Assembly (NCBI GenBank): GCA_045863395.1
Contig: BTVJ01000062.1
Location: 1 to 41,657, forward strand
DNA length: 41,657 nt
Source of the DNA: Myxococcales bacterium
GTDB taxonomy: Bacteria > Myxococcota_A > UBA9042 > JABWCM01 > BTVJ01
Direction: 5' to 3'
Part shown: positions 40,369 through 41,657 of the stretch, piece by piece
How the letters are laid out: the number at the start of each line of letters is the position of its first letter
Numbering within the stretch: position 1 is the stretch's first letter
Translations under genes and position numbers: made by a program
The notes under the pieces: model-generated
The model's database searches: none
What the model saw: only the letters and a program-made list of their open reading frames with translations
What the model was told of the DNA's origin: nothing

Positions 40369-40823
40369 GCCAAGAGCACGCGGAGGAGCACGCTCGGGTT
40401 GCACCCGCTGCGCTGGGAGACCTCGCCCGCCAGCGCCTGTCGCGGGGCGGCCCGTTCCGATTCTACGCCCGGGGGCTCAGCATGCGCCCGTCCATCCCCG
40501 ACGGGGCCCGGGTCACGGTGGCTCCACTTGGGAGCCGCAGCGTGAGGCCGGGCGACGTCGTGCTGCTGCTCGTAGGCGAGCGGGCGAGCGTCCATCGGGT
40601 CGTGGCGCGGTGGGCGGGCCTGGTGTGGACCAAGGGCGACCTGAACCCATGGACGGATCCTCCTGTGTCCACGGCGTCGGTCCTCGGGCGCGTCGTGGCC
40701 GTGGAGCACGGCGGGAGCCACCGACGTCTGGACCACACGGCCGATGGCCTGTGCGGGGTGGGCTGGGCAGCGCTCGCCCTCCTGGCGGGCCTGCGGGGCA
40801 GCCGATGGCCCGGTTTTGTTTGA
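40365..40823 (+). CDS. S24/S26 family peptidase (Ser-His type)
   Basis: 'GLSMRP', 'GDVVLL', 'VHRVV', 'TKGD', 'VLGRV'; ATGA overlap with the radical SAM stop. Confidence 0.82.
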   Translation: MSQEHAEEHARVAPAALGDLARQRLSRGGPFRFYARGLSMRPSIPDGARVTVAPLGSRSVRPGDVVLLLVGERASVHRVVARWAGLVWTKGDLNPWTDPPVSTASVLGRVVAVEHGGSHRRLDHTADGLCGVGWAALALLAGLRGSRWPGFV

Positions 40824-40926
40824 CCAGCCGACGGCGGCTGCCCATAATCGAGCGCTGCGCCGACCTCTCCCGAGATGGGTGCGCCCACGGGGGCGCCCGG
40901 GCGACCAACCAACGGCAAGAGTGAAG

Positions 40927-41657
40927 ATGCCCTGCCGCTCGCCCATCGCCGCTGCGCTCGCCGTGCTGATCGCCGGGACGTCAGCGTGCGCCACCCAGGA
41001 CGAGCAGATCCAGCGCCAGATGGAGCAGATGAGACGGGAGCTTGCCGAGTCGCGGCGCTCCAATGAGGCGCTGGCCGACCGCCTCCGCCAGATGGACGGC
41101 CGCCTGTCGCTCCAGGTGGATGCCACTCGGACGCCACCGCCGAGCGCTCCGCAGTACACCGGCGCTGTCCCCACACTGCCCGTCATCAAGGCGTCGCCGG
41201 CGGCCCCGGCACCAGCCGCAAAGTCGCTGGCACGCCCCAAGGGGGGGGCCCGACGCGTGGGCTCGAACATCCACGTCCCGGGCCAGGAGCCCTTGACGTT
41301 CCGGAACATCGACGGGGAGGGGCGAGTGGTGGGGGAGGACGGTGAGCCCGTCGAGCCGCGCCGATCCACGCTGCCTCCCCGTGAGCTGGATCTGCCTCGC
41401 GCCACGGACCTGCACGGCGCAGCGGCGGATGACGCGGACGACCCGCGGGAGGAGCCTGCGATTCAGGTGGCAGACGTCCCCCCGCTGCCGGTGGTCCGCG
41501 TCGGAGACCACGATGCGGCACCTCGCGCCGGTGGAGCGGTCGGTCAGGGTGCGACGAGGCGCACCCCGGGGAGCGCGGACTCCACGCCCCTCCCCATCGT
41601 CACCGCGCCACGGGAGGAGCCCCTCCCCATCGTCTCCGCGCCACGGGAGGAGCCCCT
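40927..41657 (+). CDS. Lipoprotein with N-terminal coiled coil and Pro-rich linker (possibly CpoB/YbgF-like); runs off the window
   Basis: Open frame from ATG 40927 (or GTG 40921) to the window end: MPCRSPIAAALAVLIAGTSAC-ATQDEQIQRQMEQMRRELAE...; lipobox TSAC; C-terminus not visible. Confidence 0.6.
   Translation, partial: MPCRSPIAAALAVLIAGTSACATQDEQIQRQMEQMRRELAESRRSNEALADRLRQMDGRLSLQVDATRTPPPSAPQYTGAVPTLPVIKASPAAPAPAAKSLARPKGGARRVGSNIHVPGQEPLTFRNIDGEGRVVGEDGEPVEPRRSTLPPRELDLPRATDLHGAAADDADDPREEPAIQVADVPPLPVVRVGDHDAAPRAGGAVGQGATRRTPGSADSTPLPIVTAPREEPLPIVSAPREEP
41587..41657 (+). repeat. 33-bp in-frame tandem repeat (PLPIV(T/S)APREE), at least 2 copies, truncated by window edge
   Basis: cccctccccatcgtc(a/t)ccgcgccacgggaggag at 41587 and 41620; a third copy starts at 41653. 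Confidence 0.85.

Noticed and set aside
38043..40823. Lasso peptide cluster interpretation
   Set aside because: Leader motif and kinase fit, but no asparagine-synthetase-like cyclase or transglutaminase-like B2 protease is present in the window

Overview
GC-rich bacterial DNA whose gene content (PilZ, Ser/Thr kinase + TPR/PEGA, many Cys-rich lipoproteins) suggests Myxococcota or a related deltaproteobacterium (inference). In order, the window holds: an oppABCDF peptide ABC operon with unusual inserts (EF-hand-like loops in OppC, a biotinyl/lipoyl-like segment in OppB) followed by a VTT/DedA gene; a tandem-PilZ protein; a beta-propeller lipoprotein; an NlpC/P60-like secreted protein; a rubrerythrin/Fe-S oxidoreductase/DUF3501 cluster; a CMD protein; a signal-peptide-bearing oligoendopeptidase F; an animal-type protein-arginine deiminase lipoprotein with a HEAT-like partner; a pseudokinase-TPR/PEGA-collagen-like-metallophosphoesterase operon; and a 3327-aa Ig-like/FG-GAP surface lipoprotein. 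The standout is directly behind that giant gene: a compact putative RiPP cassette. It consists of a 54-aa precursor absent from the ORF track (38043-38207; YxxP leader motif, C-x6-C tail), an HPr-kinase/PEPCK-like P-loop protein, a radical SAM/SPASM enzyme and a Ser-His S24/S26 peptidase. No rRNA, tRNA, CRISPR array or transposase was recognised. All family calls come from motif recognition by eye, not database searches.
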